Source: Lama glama
Lineage: Eukaryota
Assembly: GCA_028534125.1 (NCBI GenBank)
Contig: CM052817.1
Span: 96,164,001-96,228,000 of the forward strand
Length of the DNA stretch: 64,000 nt
Direction of reading: 5' to 3'
Shown: positions 53,569-64,000 of the stretch, one piece after another
How positions within the stretch are numbered: position 1 is the first letter of the stretch
How the letters are laid out: every line of letters starts with the position of its first letter
Notes under the pieces: generated by a model
The model's input: only the letters and a program-made list of their open reading frames with translations
What the model was told of the DNA's origin: nothing
Database searches by the model: none
Program-made: the position numbers and the translations under genes

Positions 53569-53812
53569 CATTGGGAGTTCAGGATTTGCAGATACACACT
53601 GCTATCTATAAAACAATAAACAACAAGGTCCTATTGTACAGCACAGGGATCTATATTCAATATTTTGTAATGGCCTATAATGAAAAAGAATATGAAAAAG
53701 GAATATATATATATATATCATTATGCTGTACACCAGAAATTAACATATTGTAAATCGACTGTACTTCAATTTAAAAAATTAAATGTTTTACAGTTAAAAA
53801 ATTAAAAAAATT
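53569..53812 (+). mobile_element. 5'-truncated camelid L1 3' end
   Basis: TSD aaaagtagg (53560-53568 / 53813-53821); aacaacaaggtcctattgtacagcacaggg...tgctgtacaccagaaattaac. Confidence 0.85.
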
Positions 53813-53959
53813 AAAAGTAGGTTTTTCAACAAATAGTCCCAGTTCAGGCATTCCTCAAGCACTATTCCTTGCCAGGCACTGCGGCAGCTGCTGGGGCTGT
53901 GACCACAACCACAGCTGCTACTTATGCTATGATAATGTGTCAGTACTACTTCACATTTT

Positions 53960-54532
53960 ATTGTTAGAGTGCTTTTAGCTGCAAGTAACAAAAAACCCAG
54001 CTAAAAGGGGCTTAAGGAATAGAGAAATTTATGTCACATAAAAAAAGGTGGTGGTGGCAATTCTAGGCTTAGATAATTTAGCATGTAAGGATGTCATTAA
54101 GGATCTAGATTCCTCCTCTGCTTTACCACTGCCATCCTTGTCATTTTGATATCTTAGTCACATGCTGGGTACAGCAGCTCCAGGCATCACATATTCACAC
54201 ATCAACATTTAAAAGTCAGGAAAAAGGGATTCTTCTTGTTTGGACCCCTTTTTAAGAATGAAGAAAACCTTCCTAGGAATTCCTCAGATTTTCTCTTATA
54301 TCATTAATTATAATTGTGTCACATACCCTCCTGAAAGCTATCACTTGGCAAGTATAGTGAGGTCAGAATGGCTGGCTTATATTAGTAAATACTCAAACCC
54401 TGGGGGTGGAGAAGGGCCTAACCTTCTGGCGAGGATATAGAGGCTTTAGGAGGGAGAACAATCAGGGTTCTGTTAGCAGGAAAGAATTTAGGCAGTGGCC
54501 ACTGGGGAGGCAACCAACAGGGTTTTCCATAC
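53960..54532 (-). mobile_element. MaLR solo LTR (MLT1K/L-like)
   Basis: ttttagctgcaagtaacaaaaaaccc...cagcagctccaggcatcacat...ggttctgttagcaggaaagaa...ggcaaccaacag. Confidence 0.7.
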
Positions 54533-54534
54533 AG

Positions 54535-54710
54535 ATGCATTACGTCACTGGACCTTCAAGGCAAGCTTGACGAATAGGATTGTCATCTTCCTTTATAGCT
54601 GAGGTAACAGGTAAAGTCACCCAGGTCCACCAGCTATGAAGTGAAAGAACTGGGATTCAAACAAAGAGACTGTCTGACTTCAAAGCTCAGACTCCTCACT
54701 ACACACTATC
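54535..54710 (-). mobile_element. MIR SINE
   Basis: cccaggtccaccagcta...ctgggattcaaac...ctgtctgacttcaaagc...cactacacta. Confidence 0.65.
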
Positions 54711-56049
54711 TGGTGAATTTGGTCAAAGAAGACTGCCCATCACTGAAATATGCGTTTTCCAAATTCACAGCTTTGTCTCTTTTGAATTTACCTTAATTCT
54801 GTACTTCAGTTTGTCTGTCTAAAAAGCCTTACAGGAGCATTACTGTAGAGTATGACTAGGGAACTTTGAAGTAATTGGGTTTCAGATTATGTAATGATTC
54901 TTCTGACAAACCTTTATTTCTTCTTTCCCCCTCCTCACTATATGTTGATATACTTGTAATATTATGGCCAAAACAATGTAAAGGACTTATGTGGGGTTTA
55001 TTGAAAATCAGATTGAGGACATGATGCTTTAGAAACCCATACTAATTCTTTTGGCATCTCTTTGGCAATCTTTTGCAGGATTTCCTTAAATTTAATTAGA
55101 GCAAAGTGAATTTTAAAAGCATAAGGATTTTCTGAGAAATCTACAAATCATAGATTTAAAGAACTAAAGAGAAACTCAGAGATCATACAGTTTAACCACC
55201 TCCCTACGCTGATTTTACAAATGAGGAACTTGGGTAACACTGAAAATCCCAGTTCACAAGGATGCTGGGAATAAAAGACTTAATATATGAAATAAGTATC
55301 TATTTGATGTATCCTACGTCACATGCAAACATTCTCACAATAATAAAACCAACATCAACACCAATAACATGACTACTGAAAACAGTTTAACTTTTTTGCA
55401 GGGGAGGGCTGCATTTTTTAGGATTTAGCCACCTAGAGACACACAGCCCAATTTCTCTGTTTTAAAGCTACTTGGGATATTTTCTTTCTGTGTGATTATG
55501 TCACCAACTGGATACATATTTAGGATCATTAGTTTTTATTTTTATATTTTTAGAGACTGCTTTCGCTTTTTCAAAATTTACTTTTGTTAGTGCTCCTTGG
55601 AGAAGAGGCTGATTTCAGATGTGAAGTCAAAGACGTATATTGTAAATCTGAAACAACGTTCATACCAGATAGCAAGGAAGCTATCAAAACCCACAAAGCC
55701 TACAGCAGAGGCTGTTTTGCGGAGGCTGCGATGATCTGGGACCAAAAGATGCTCGGGGTAAAAATGGATCACTCATCCTAAACCAGATTGTTTTTACAAT
55801 CCAAGAAAAAAGATGGAAATCAAAATAAATCCCCTCTAAAGAGACCCAACCACTAAGCAAAGAGAATATAGCTTCAAAAACAGGGGTTTCCCCCAAAAGA
55901 GATTGATGGGGTAAGCACTAAGAAATTCAGTCCAAATATTGAGTTATTGTGGTCCCCAACTTGACAGCTGTCTGCCTGGCTGAAACTGAAAGTACTTGTA
56001 TAGAACCAGATTTCCTGTTTAGTTTACATTTAACTCAACATTTGTTATA

Positions 56050-57880
56050 AACTCCACAATACTTTGTCATTACTTTTGCTTTCAGTATCCGATTATATTT
56101 TTCAAGCGATTTAAAAAAGAAAAATATTTTATTTTTACTAATATTTCTCATTTCCATGTTCTTCATTCTTTGTAGAAATTCTAGATTTCTATCTAGATTC
56201 ATGTTCCTTCTGCCTGGAGGAGTTTAATATTCCTTGTATTGATGTTTTAGTGATGAATTTTCTCAGCTTTTGTGTGCCTGGAAAAAAAAATCTTTATTTT
56301 ACCTATGTTTTTGAAAGATACTTTGATTGGGTATGGAATTCCAGGTTTGATGGTCTTCTTCTAGTACTTTAAATAAGTTCATTCATTCATTCTCTTTTGA
56401 TTTACATTGTTTTCAGGGAGACTTCCACTCCCATTAGCTTTGCTCACCCTCACCCTTACCATAGCTGCTTTTAAGATTTTTCTCTCTATTGCTGCTTTTA
56501 AGTGCTGTGATTATGAATTACCTTGGTTTAACTTCCGTATTTCTTTTGCTTAGGGTTCGTGGAGCTTCTTGGATCTCTGGATTTACAGTTTTCATCAAAT
56601 TCAGAAAAAAAATCAGTCATTTATTATTTGCTAAAATTTCTTTTCAGTGCTCTCTTTTCCTTTCTTTAGGATCTCCAAATTACTCACACATTAGGCTTCT
56701 TGAAGTTGACCCATGCTTCTCTGATACGCTCTGTTCATTTCTTTTCAGCATCTTTTACCTCTGTGCTTCATCTTGGATAGTTTCTATTGCTATTATCTCC
56801 AAACTCATCTTCTCCTTTGTTTTTTCTAAATCTGTGGCTAATCCCATCCAAGTTGTTTTTATTTTCCATCTTGGATATTTTATTCCTTACTTCTAGAGGT
56901 TCAATTTGGCTTTTTAACATATCTTTTCTGATTCTATACGTTTAATCTTTCCATTACATCCTTGAATGTATGGAATGTAGTCTTAACCTTTTTATAACCA
57001 GGTCTGCTAATACTATCATCTGCTGCATTTCTGGTTCAGTTTCTATTTATATATTTTCTCTTCATTATGAGTTATTTCTCCCTGCTTCTTGGCATGTCTG
57101 TGTCATTTTGTTTGGATGTCCAATATTGTGCATTTTACCTTGCTGGGTGCTATGTATTTTTTTATTCCTATAAATATTCTTGTGTTTTGTTCTAGGATTC
57201 AGATAAGCTACTTAGAAACAATATGAGTCTCTTGGTACTTGTTTTTAAACTTGGGTAGGTGGGACCAAAGTAGCCTTTCATTTAGAGCTAATTTTTCTCT
57301 ACTGTTAAGGCAATGCCCTTTTGAGTTCTCCACCTGATGTCCCATGTTTTATGAGGTTTTTTCCATTCTGGCTGGTGGAAGCACAAACTCCTCCCAGCTT
57401 GGTTTGAGATTAGGTTATTGATCTGCCAGAGTCTACTGGGTGGTACTTTTCCTAGCCTTCAGTAGTTTCTTTACATGCACATAACTGATCAGTATGCAGA
57501 TGACTCTGCACACCTCTCTCTCTCTCTCTCTCTGCAGCTCTTTCCTTTATAGTACTCTTTGCTCTGAACTCTAGCCACTTGGGTCTCCCTGAACTTCTTA
57601 TTCAGTCTCCTTAACTCAGGGAGTCTGCTGGGCTCCGCCCTGGCTCCCCTCCTTGTGTTATAGCCCAGCAACTCCCTCCAGGCAGGATGCTGGGAAAATC
57701 ACACAGTTCAGCTCATTTGCTTCCCTTTTCTCAGGGATCACTGTCTTGTGCTGTGTGTTGTCCAATTTCTGCACTTTTGTCTTCCATGTTTTGTTTGTTT
57801 CCTTGTTTGTTTTTAAGACAGGAGGGTAAATCTTTTCCCTGTTATTCCATTTTGGCCAAAGAGCAAAGTCCCATTTGTTT
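56050..57880 (-). mobile_element. Ancient L1 (L1MC/L1ME-like) ORF1/5' region
   Basis: gatgaattttctcagcttttgtg...tttttgaaagatactttg...gctgcttttaagattttt...ttcttggatctctgg: typical old L1 ORF1 antisense. Confidence 0.7.
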
Positions 57881-60479
57881 CTTTACACTATGAATATTTT
57901 TATCCAGACTTTAATTCAAAATGCAATATTTTAAAATGTTAGACATGGCTTTTACTAACTATAAAGTAATATGTAAGGAAGGGCAACACATGGAAAGAAT
58001 CCTGGACTAGCATTCTAGAGAACTAGATTATAGATCCATTTCATCTTTTGGATTATTGTATGACTGCCTTCCCCTGGTCCTGAGGACATTTGGAAATAAA
58101 ACGTGTGGACCAGGTAATTTCTTTGGTACCACACAACTCCATCATCTCCTGATTCTATAAAACTCAAAAAAATTCAAGAAAACTTTAACTCATTTTCAGA
58201 AGCTAGAAAGAGGCTGTCGGCATGGTACCAGATTTAGGAAGGCAGAGATAGCTGCAACTAAAGTGCACGAGGAAGGAATAATGACGGGTAGAGAACCAGA
58301 CATGTACAGGAATCGGAGGCTCAGAGAGCAGTGGGGGAAAAGTAGGGGTTGAAGAAATGCTGAGGGAAATTATGACATAGGGTTGAAAACAGGCGGATGA
58401 ATTGAAAGTCTGCAGATCAAATAGTTAACTAGGTTTAGCAACTTCAACAGTGCCAACCAGGGAGAAGTTAAATTGCAAGTGACATCAGATAGCTATAAAC
58501 TCCTTTTTTAATAAATTCTAGCAGAAAGATGAAGTCATATATCTGGTATTTATACAGCTGTTAGATATATAATAATAGTGACAATAATACTAAAATTACC
58601 TCTTGTGGAAACCCTCAGAAACCAGTGTTTATGGGGAAAAGTAACAAATAAAATGCTCATGAAAATCTGTATTGTATTTTTAAGGACTACAAAAATTCCT
58701 TACTTATTTAGAAGATGCTCTTACTGAGGAATTGTGGTCAGTTCCAGAGGAATCTGATCAGTGATCTATTTCAAATCTCAGATAACAGACTAAAAAGACT
58801 TGAAATGAAATCTTTTGCCAAAAGTCATAAACTAATTAGTGCTCAATATGGTATTAGAGCCCAGGTCACCAGACTCTTGAGTGACAGTCTCTCTCACATA
58901 CACCAACCTGCCAGTAGGGTGACTGTTGATTCAGCCACATTTTCCACCAGAATCTTCTTTTTCTGTGTCATGTTTCTGAACTTATTATTATACACAAGTT
59001 TGTTTTGCGAAGATAGGATGATGTTAAAACCTGCTTGCTGACTTTTTGGCTAGTTCCTTAACATTTTTTCACTGTTACTGTTATTTAACAAACAGAAGTT
59101 GCGATCAAAGTATAGTCGAACATGAGACTCACAAATGTGGCTTTTTCACATTGTTTAAAATGGGTGAATTTATGAATGGAAAATACAAGCAAAGGATAGG
59201 GTAAGAAAATGTGGCTCGACATTAAGCCAGAGGCCACAGATCAAGCCAGCACAAACCAAGGCTGAGAGATTCATGCTCTTTATCATTTTCTTTTAAGAGT
59301 CTTAATTCATAAAACCAGGGTGAAAGTTTTGGCAGTCAAGAAAAACTTTATATGCCTTTTTGTAGAAAAAAGTGTGTCTTTACTGACTAGCTAGTTTCTG
59401 TACTCAGGACTTCCATCTTATTTATCTGATATAACTTACATTTGGCTACAATAAGGATGTGGTTTAAAACTGTGTTACTGATATCACCAGTGAAGTGGTT
59501 AACCACATTGGCATTTAAATGGCTATAATTACATTTCTAGGTTAACAGTTCTATTAAGTTGAATAAAGAAAGCTTTTGCTTCCGTGTCACTGTCCCTCAT
59601 CCGGGTCTGTGATCTCCACAAGGCAAGATGAATTAGCCTTTCACTAAAAAAAATTAATTGATTGTGCAGATAACAGTTCTGGTATGGAAAATAAATTATA
59701 TTCTGGAGGAACCAGCAGAAATTCATAGACCCTTAAGCCTTCGAGAGCCAACCGAATTCTGCTACTTCAGGCTGGAATAATTTTATTGAACTGTAATAAA
59801 TTTGAATTTCTTCTAAATTCCTAAATTTGGGAGGAGAATCTGTTTTTATTTTACTACTGGAAAGGAAGGGAGGAATATGAAATCATTCCAACCATCTCTA
59901 AGCCAATTAGAATAGTATGAAGGTCCCTCTATTTGCTGTGTTCCCTCTGAAAGGTGCAAAGATGAGAGATGACTGCTGGTGAATCACTGTTCTATTTTAT
60001 CTAGAGACCCGAGTGCTCTCAGTGCTCTATTCCCTTAGGGGGTCATGTACCTCTGCTTAAAAGAATATTGCCTGCTCTGTGAGCTAATGATTTGTTTGGA
60101 GGATGTAAGTCTCAGAGGTGAAGATAACTGCACCGCTTTTATAATGTATCTTTCAGATCTTTGATCTGCTTTTCTCTGAATACATGGGACCCCTCAATAG
60201 CAAGATTAAAGATGCCTCTTCAGAGAAGAAAGGCAAAATCTGAAAACCTAAAAGCTCCTCAGATTTCTAAATAATATTTCCATATTTCTTCATTTTGTCA
60301 ACATCATACTTAGTGCTGTCCTGCATCCGTGAGCTAATTGGGTGGTAATCAAAATACAGTGTTTGGATTATTAGGGTTTTTTTTTTCATATTTCTCAAGG
60401 AGACAGGGAACAACAAATCTTGCTTTAAAATTGGTTAGTGCACACTAGTTTATGGCTAGGACATACATACTCATTTTGA

Positions 60480-60960
60480 ATTCTATTTAATTCGACAAAT
60501 ATTTACTTGGTAGGTGTCAGACACTGTGCCTTCTTTTGTAGGGAATACCAAGAATCAGGACCTGTTTTCAAGAGACTCATTCTCTGATCAGGCAGAGAAG
60601 GCAATTACAGAAATGGCCATGATAGGACGCGGAAGATAACAAATGGAAAAAGCTTAAGAGAGAAACGAACAACATTCAATGTGGGAACAGACAGACAATA
60701 TTCAATTGAGAGGGCAATCAAGAAAGACATCAGCATTTGAGAAGGAACTTGCAAGGTGGGTGAGATTTCCCTGGATGGAGCTGGAGCTGGAAATAAGGTG
60801 ACAGTAGGGTATGTTGTACGGGGTGTGTGTGTGTGTGCAGTCGGGGGAGGGAGATGGTCAAAAAAGTTTGAGAAGCTTGTATTTAACTTGTAGACCGTAG
60901 CGAGTCCATGAAGATTTTTAAGCAGAGCAAAGATAAAAAAGTAAGAGTTGTGATTTCAGA
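60480..60960 (-). mobile_element. L2 fragment
   Basis: attcgacaaatatttac...gtgtcagacactgtgc...tcaagagactcattc...gaagatttttaagcag. Confidence 0.6.
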
Positions 60961-61241
60961 AATATTTTTGAAGCCTTGTAAAATTTTACAGGTTTTATTT
61001 CCAAATAGAATACCTACCACTAAAAATGCTGACTATACCAGCAGTATGAGAATTAACCTCCCATTTATCTTTGAATCTGAAAGATTATTATTTTTCACTT
61101 TTATAATGATGTAGCCCATCCATGCACAGATTTCTAATCTTGGTCAAATCAGTAAGTAAGGAGGTGTACTGTTACAGAATTCTGGAGAATTTAATCTTCT
61201 CCACCGTACACATAGCTGAAGTTTTATTTACTGTCTGAATA

Positions 61242-61514
61242 TTTTTAAATTAAGGTATCATTGGTTTATAACATTATGTAAGTTACATGTGTACAACATT
61301 ACATTTCTACTTCTGTATACACGACAGCTTACTCACCACCAAAAATTTGGTTTCCATCTGTCACCATAGAGTTGACCCCTTAACTCATTTTGCCCTTTCC
61401 CTAGCCCCCACTCTTCCCCTCTCATACCCACTACTCTACTCTCTGTATCTATGTGTTTGTTTTTGTTTGGTTTGATTTGTTCGTTTATTTGGGGTTTTTT
61501 GTTTGTTTTTTATG
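61242..61514 (-). mobile_element. L1 3' end with 10-bp TSD
   Basis: TSD tgtctgaata at 61232-61241 and 61515-61524; same family text as 36230-36447. Confidence 0.8.
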
Positions 61515-62312
61515 TGTCTGAATAATATTTTAAACTCCAGTTTTTGGTCCTGCTCCTAAACCTTTTAAAACACAACATGCCCTTACTAAAAAAAAGATGG
61601 GGAGATAAAATGTAAAAAGAATAGAAAACTAAATAGCTTTATAGAGTAAAGGAATCCTAAAGAGATTTTTAAAAAGCCAAACACAGGACTACAGTAAATA
61701 GACACATGGCTCTGATCAGAAACTATTTTTGAAGAGTATTTTTTCATGATTATCATTGTGATGGTTAGAGTGTAGTCCAGATAAATCTGGAAATGTGAGT
61801 AGCTCAACTTACTCTCTACCGAACTGTTCATCCAAACAAGTCATCTAGTAGATGGCTCACACTTCCTCTGCTTTATCTCTTGGGAGGAAATAGTGAGAGC
61901 CTAAAGGGAAGATAACTCAAAACGACACAACAAATGCCCAAATATATGACAAGACAACATCCTGAGCAAGCAAAGTATTATCTGAAAGTAGCCAGTTAGT
62001 AGTGAACTATAAATATTTTCGGGGCACTTAAGTGCGTTGAAATTCAACAAGCCATCTCTTTCTGAGGACTTCATCTTGGTTCCTCCTACTGTGCATCTGT
62101 CAGGAATGAGACCTTTTCTTATTTTCTAGCTAGAGGACAGACAGTGGTAAAGGAGAGTTCTACTGATGTAAAAGAATCAATAAAATTTCTTTATGTCAAA
62201 TTTACTATTATTTGCTATTTATTCTATGGAGGAAATAAATACTAAAGCAGATTATTATTTCTTCTAAATGACCTGAGGTAGAGGGGAAGAGTTCCAAATA
62301 AGAGATGCACTA

Positions 62313-62862
62313 AGACCCAGCAATTCCACTCCGGGGTACATATCCATAAAAAACAAAAACACTGATTGAAAAGATATGTGTGCCCCAATGTTCATAGCAG
62401 CATTTTTTTTACAATTGCCAAGACATAGAAGCAACCTAAGTATCCATCAACAGATGAATGTATGTGTGTATATATACTGGAATATTACTCAGCCATAAAA
62501 AGAATGAAATTTTGCCATTTGCAGCAACATGGATGGACTTGGAGGGCATTATGCTAAGTGAAGTAAGTCAGACAGAGAAAGGCAAATGCTGTATGATGTC
62601 ACTTATATGTGGAGTCTAAAAAGTACAACAAACTAGTGAATATAACAAAAAAGAAGCAGACTCAACAGACACAGAGAACAAACTAGTGATTACCAGTGGG
62701 GAGGTTGGAGAGGGAGAATATAGGGTAGGGTACAAACTACTGGGCGCAAGATTGACTCAAGGATGTATTATGCAACATGGGGAATATTGCCAGTATTTTG
62801 TAATAACTGTAAGTGGAAAGTAACCTTTAAAAACTCTATGAAAATTTAAAATATTTTTAAAA
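62313..62862 (+). mobile_element. L1 3' end (ORF2 C-terminus and 3'UTR)
   Basis: gacccagcaattccactcc...gcaacctaagtatccatcaacagatgaatg...tactcagccataaaaagaatgaaat. Confidence 0.88.
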
Positions 62863-63611
62863 ATACAAATGAGATACCTCTTTACATTAAAGAGTTTTGA
62901 CTATGATTTCATTTGAGTTCCCAAACTTTTAAAATAAAGTTTTGCTTTAAGAAGTTTGATTTGCAAGCAAATAGTTATGTAACCCAAAGGTCTTTCATGG
63001 GCAGTACTGTTTAAAATTAAAAAGAAATCCTAAAGTTTTTAACTAAAGACTAGAGCCTAGTCAAGTGGAAACACAAACTGACCCTCACATCCCCTCTAGG
63101 TATTTATTTTTAACTGACTATTTTGACTAATTATCACAAGAAAACTACACAGGAAAAAAGTGGAATTAAGAGAAATTACCATCAAATATTTTCTCAATTA
63201 ATATTCACACTTGAATTGAGAAAAATAGGAAAACTTAACCACCATCAGAAAAGTAAGAGAATAATACTAATTAGCATCTATGAACACTTGCTCTTGTCAG
63301 TAAGGTATAGCAATAAACGTTTTTAAAAACAAGCTTATTTCACATTCCTTAAACTGAACAGTACCTGCTGCTGACTTTTTAAGATAACTGAAAAAATGGT
63401 GATTATGAAGTTGAATAAATCATTATCACTATTGTATGATTTCCTTAGACACTGAAGGTACAACATAGCATGAAGGTGCATCCAACATTCACATAGTAAT
63501 GGATAAAGAAAAATAAAATTGCCAATAAAATTGAAATCGCCAATGGTTGAGTAAACCTTTCCAACGAAAATGACTCAGCCATGAAGAATGATACAAAAAC
63601 CAATGACTCAC

Positions 63612-63840
63612 CAATAATTGGATCAGGTGCAATGTCACTTCTCCTCTCCTTCCATGACAGCAGGCAGTCAAGGCTGGTGAGATCTGCAGTTTCTATATAA
63701 TTACTAACCGTCAGCATCATCTGATGAGCTTTTGCTATTCCGTAATGAACTTTTGTTTCATCCATCAGAAGCATGTTCATTATCTCTGCTGTCATGTCAA
63801 AAGCTTGCTGAAAATATTCAGAGGCTTTGTTGTAGTAGCC
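63612..63840 (-). CDS. TTC29: TTC29 (tetratricopeptide repeat protein 29) internal coding exon, 229 bp, phase 0 to phase 1
   Basis: Acceptor tctttctcttacacttttAG (AG at 63842-63841); donor G|GTGAGT. Translates GYYNKASEYFQQAFDMTAEIMNMLLMDETKVHYGIAKAHQMMLTVSNYIETADLTSLDCLLSWKERRSDIAPDPII, which matches the C-terminal region of mammalian TTC29 as I recall it (LMDETKVHYGIAKAHQMMLTV). Confidence 0.93.
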
Positions 63841-64000
63841 CTAAAAGTGTAAGAGAAAGAATTTTCTTCTTAATTTTTATTTTACCATTCCACATATTTC
63901 CCACCTTGGCATGTCCTTCAACATCTTTCAACAATTTCAGCAGCTCATCTTCAAGAAGAAAGAGATGAGGAGCAGGGCCTCTACTGGAATGAGTTTCTTT

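Larger units (their letters stand above)
1..63611 (-). other. TTC29: Large intron of TTC29, downstream of the 229-bp coding exon and continuing past the left window edge
   Basis: Begins at the GTGAGT donor (63611-63606). No sequence resembling the remaining short C-terminal TTC29 exons (recalled human EEFRGSTVEAVSQNSE...) was found in the window. Confidence 0.75.

Noticed and set aside
63905..63948. Minus-strand exon-like segment (…EDELLKLLKDVEGHAK, AAG|GTGGGA) just upstream of the TTC29 exon
   Set aside because: It would leave only a 64-nt intron, is 44 nt long (frame-shifting), has a weak donor and does not resemble TTC29 protein
1..64000. CRISPR arrays, rRNA, prokaryotic operons, intact ERV genes or processed pseudogenes
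   Set aside because: None seen: no regularly spaced repeat-spacer structure and no long coding-like ORFs. The sequence is ordinary mammalian intronic DNA.

Overview
Mammalian genomic DNA, most likely a camelid (Vicugna/Lama/Camelus): it carries five copies of the tRNA-Ala-derived Vic-1-type SINE, and I saw no ruminant Bov-A/Bov-tA or pig PRE-1 SINEs. The only protein-coding sequence I can support is one 229-bp internal exon of TTC29 (sperm-flagellum TPR protein) on the minus strand at 63612-63840. I found no downstream TTC29 exon, so 1-63611 appears to be part of one very long intron near the 3' end of the gene. The intron alternates between transposon-dense blocks (two large decayed L1s, many 5'-truncated L1 3' ends with TSDs, L2, MIR, MER5, LTR33/MLT1, Vic-1 SINEs) and repeat-poor islands (~17-25 kb, ~43.7-47.4 kb, ~48.8-53.5 kb). 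The islands contain CpG-retaining patches and clusters of neural transcription-factor motifs, consistent with long-range enhancers of the neighbouring gene POU4F2 (inference from mammalian synteny). There is a 500-N assembly gap at 34629-35128. I see no convincing new biological system. The best leads are candidate enhancers, a candidate antisense micro-exon and a possible intronic-polyadenylation TTC29 isoform with a hydrophobic tail. Repeat boundaries and subfamily names were called by eye and are approximate unless a TSD is given.
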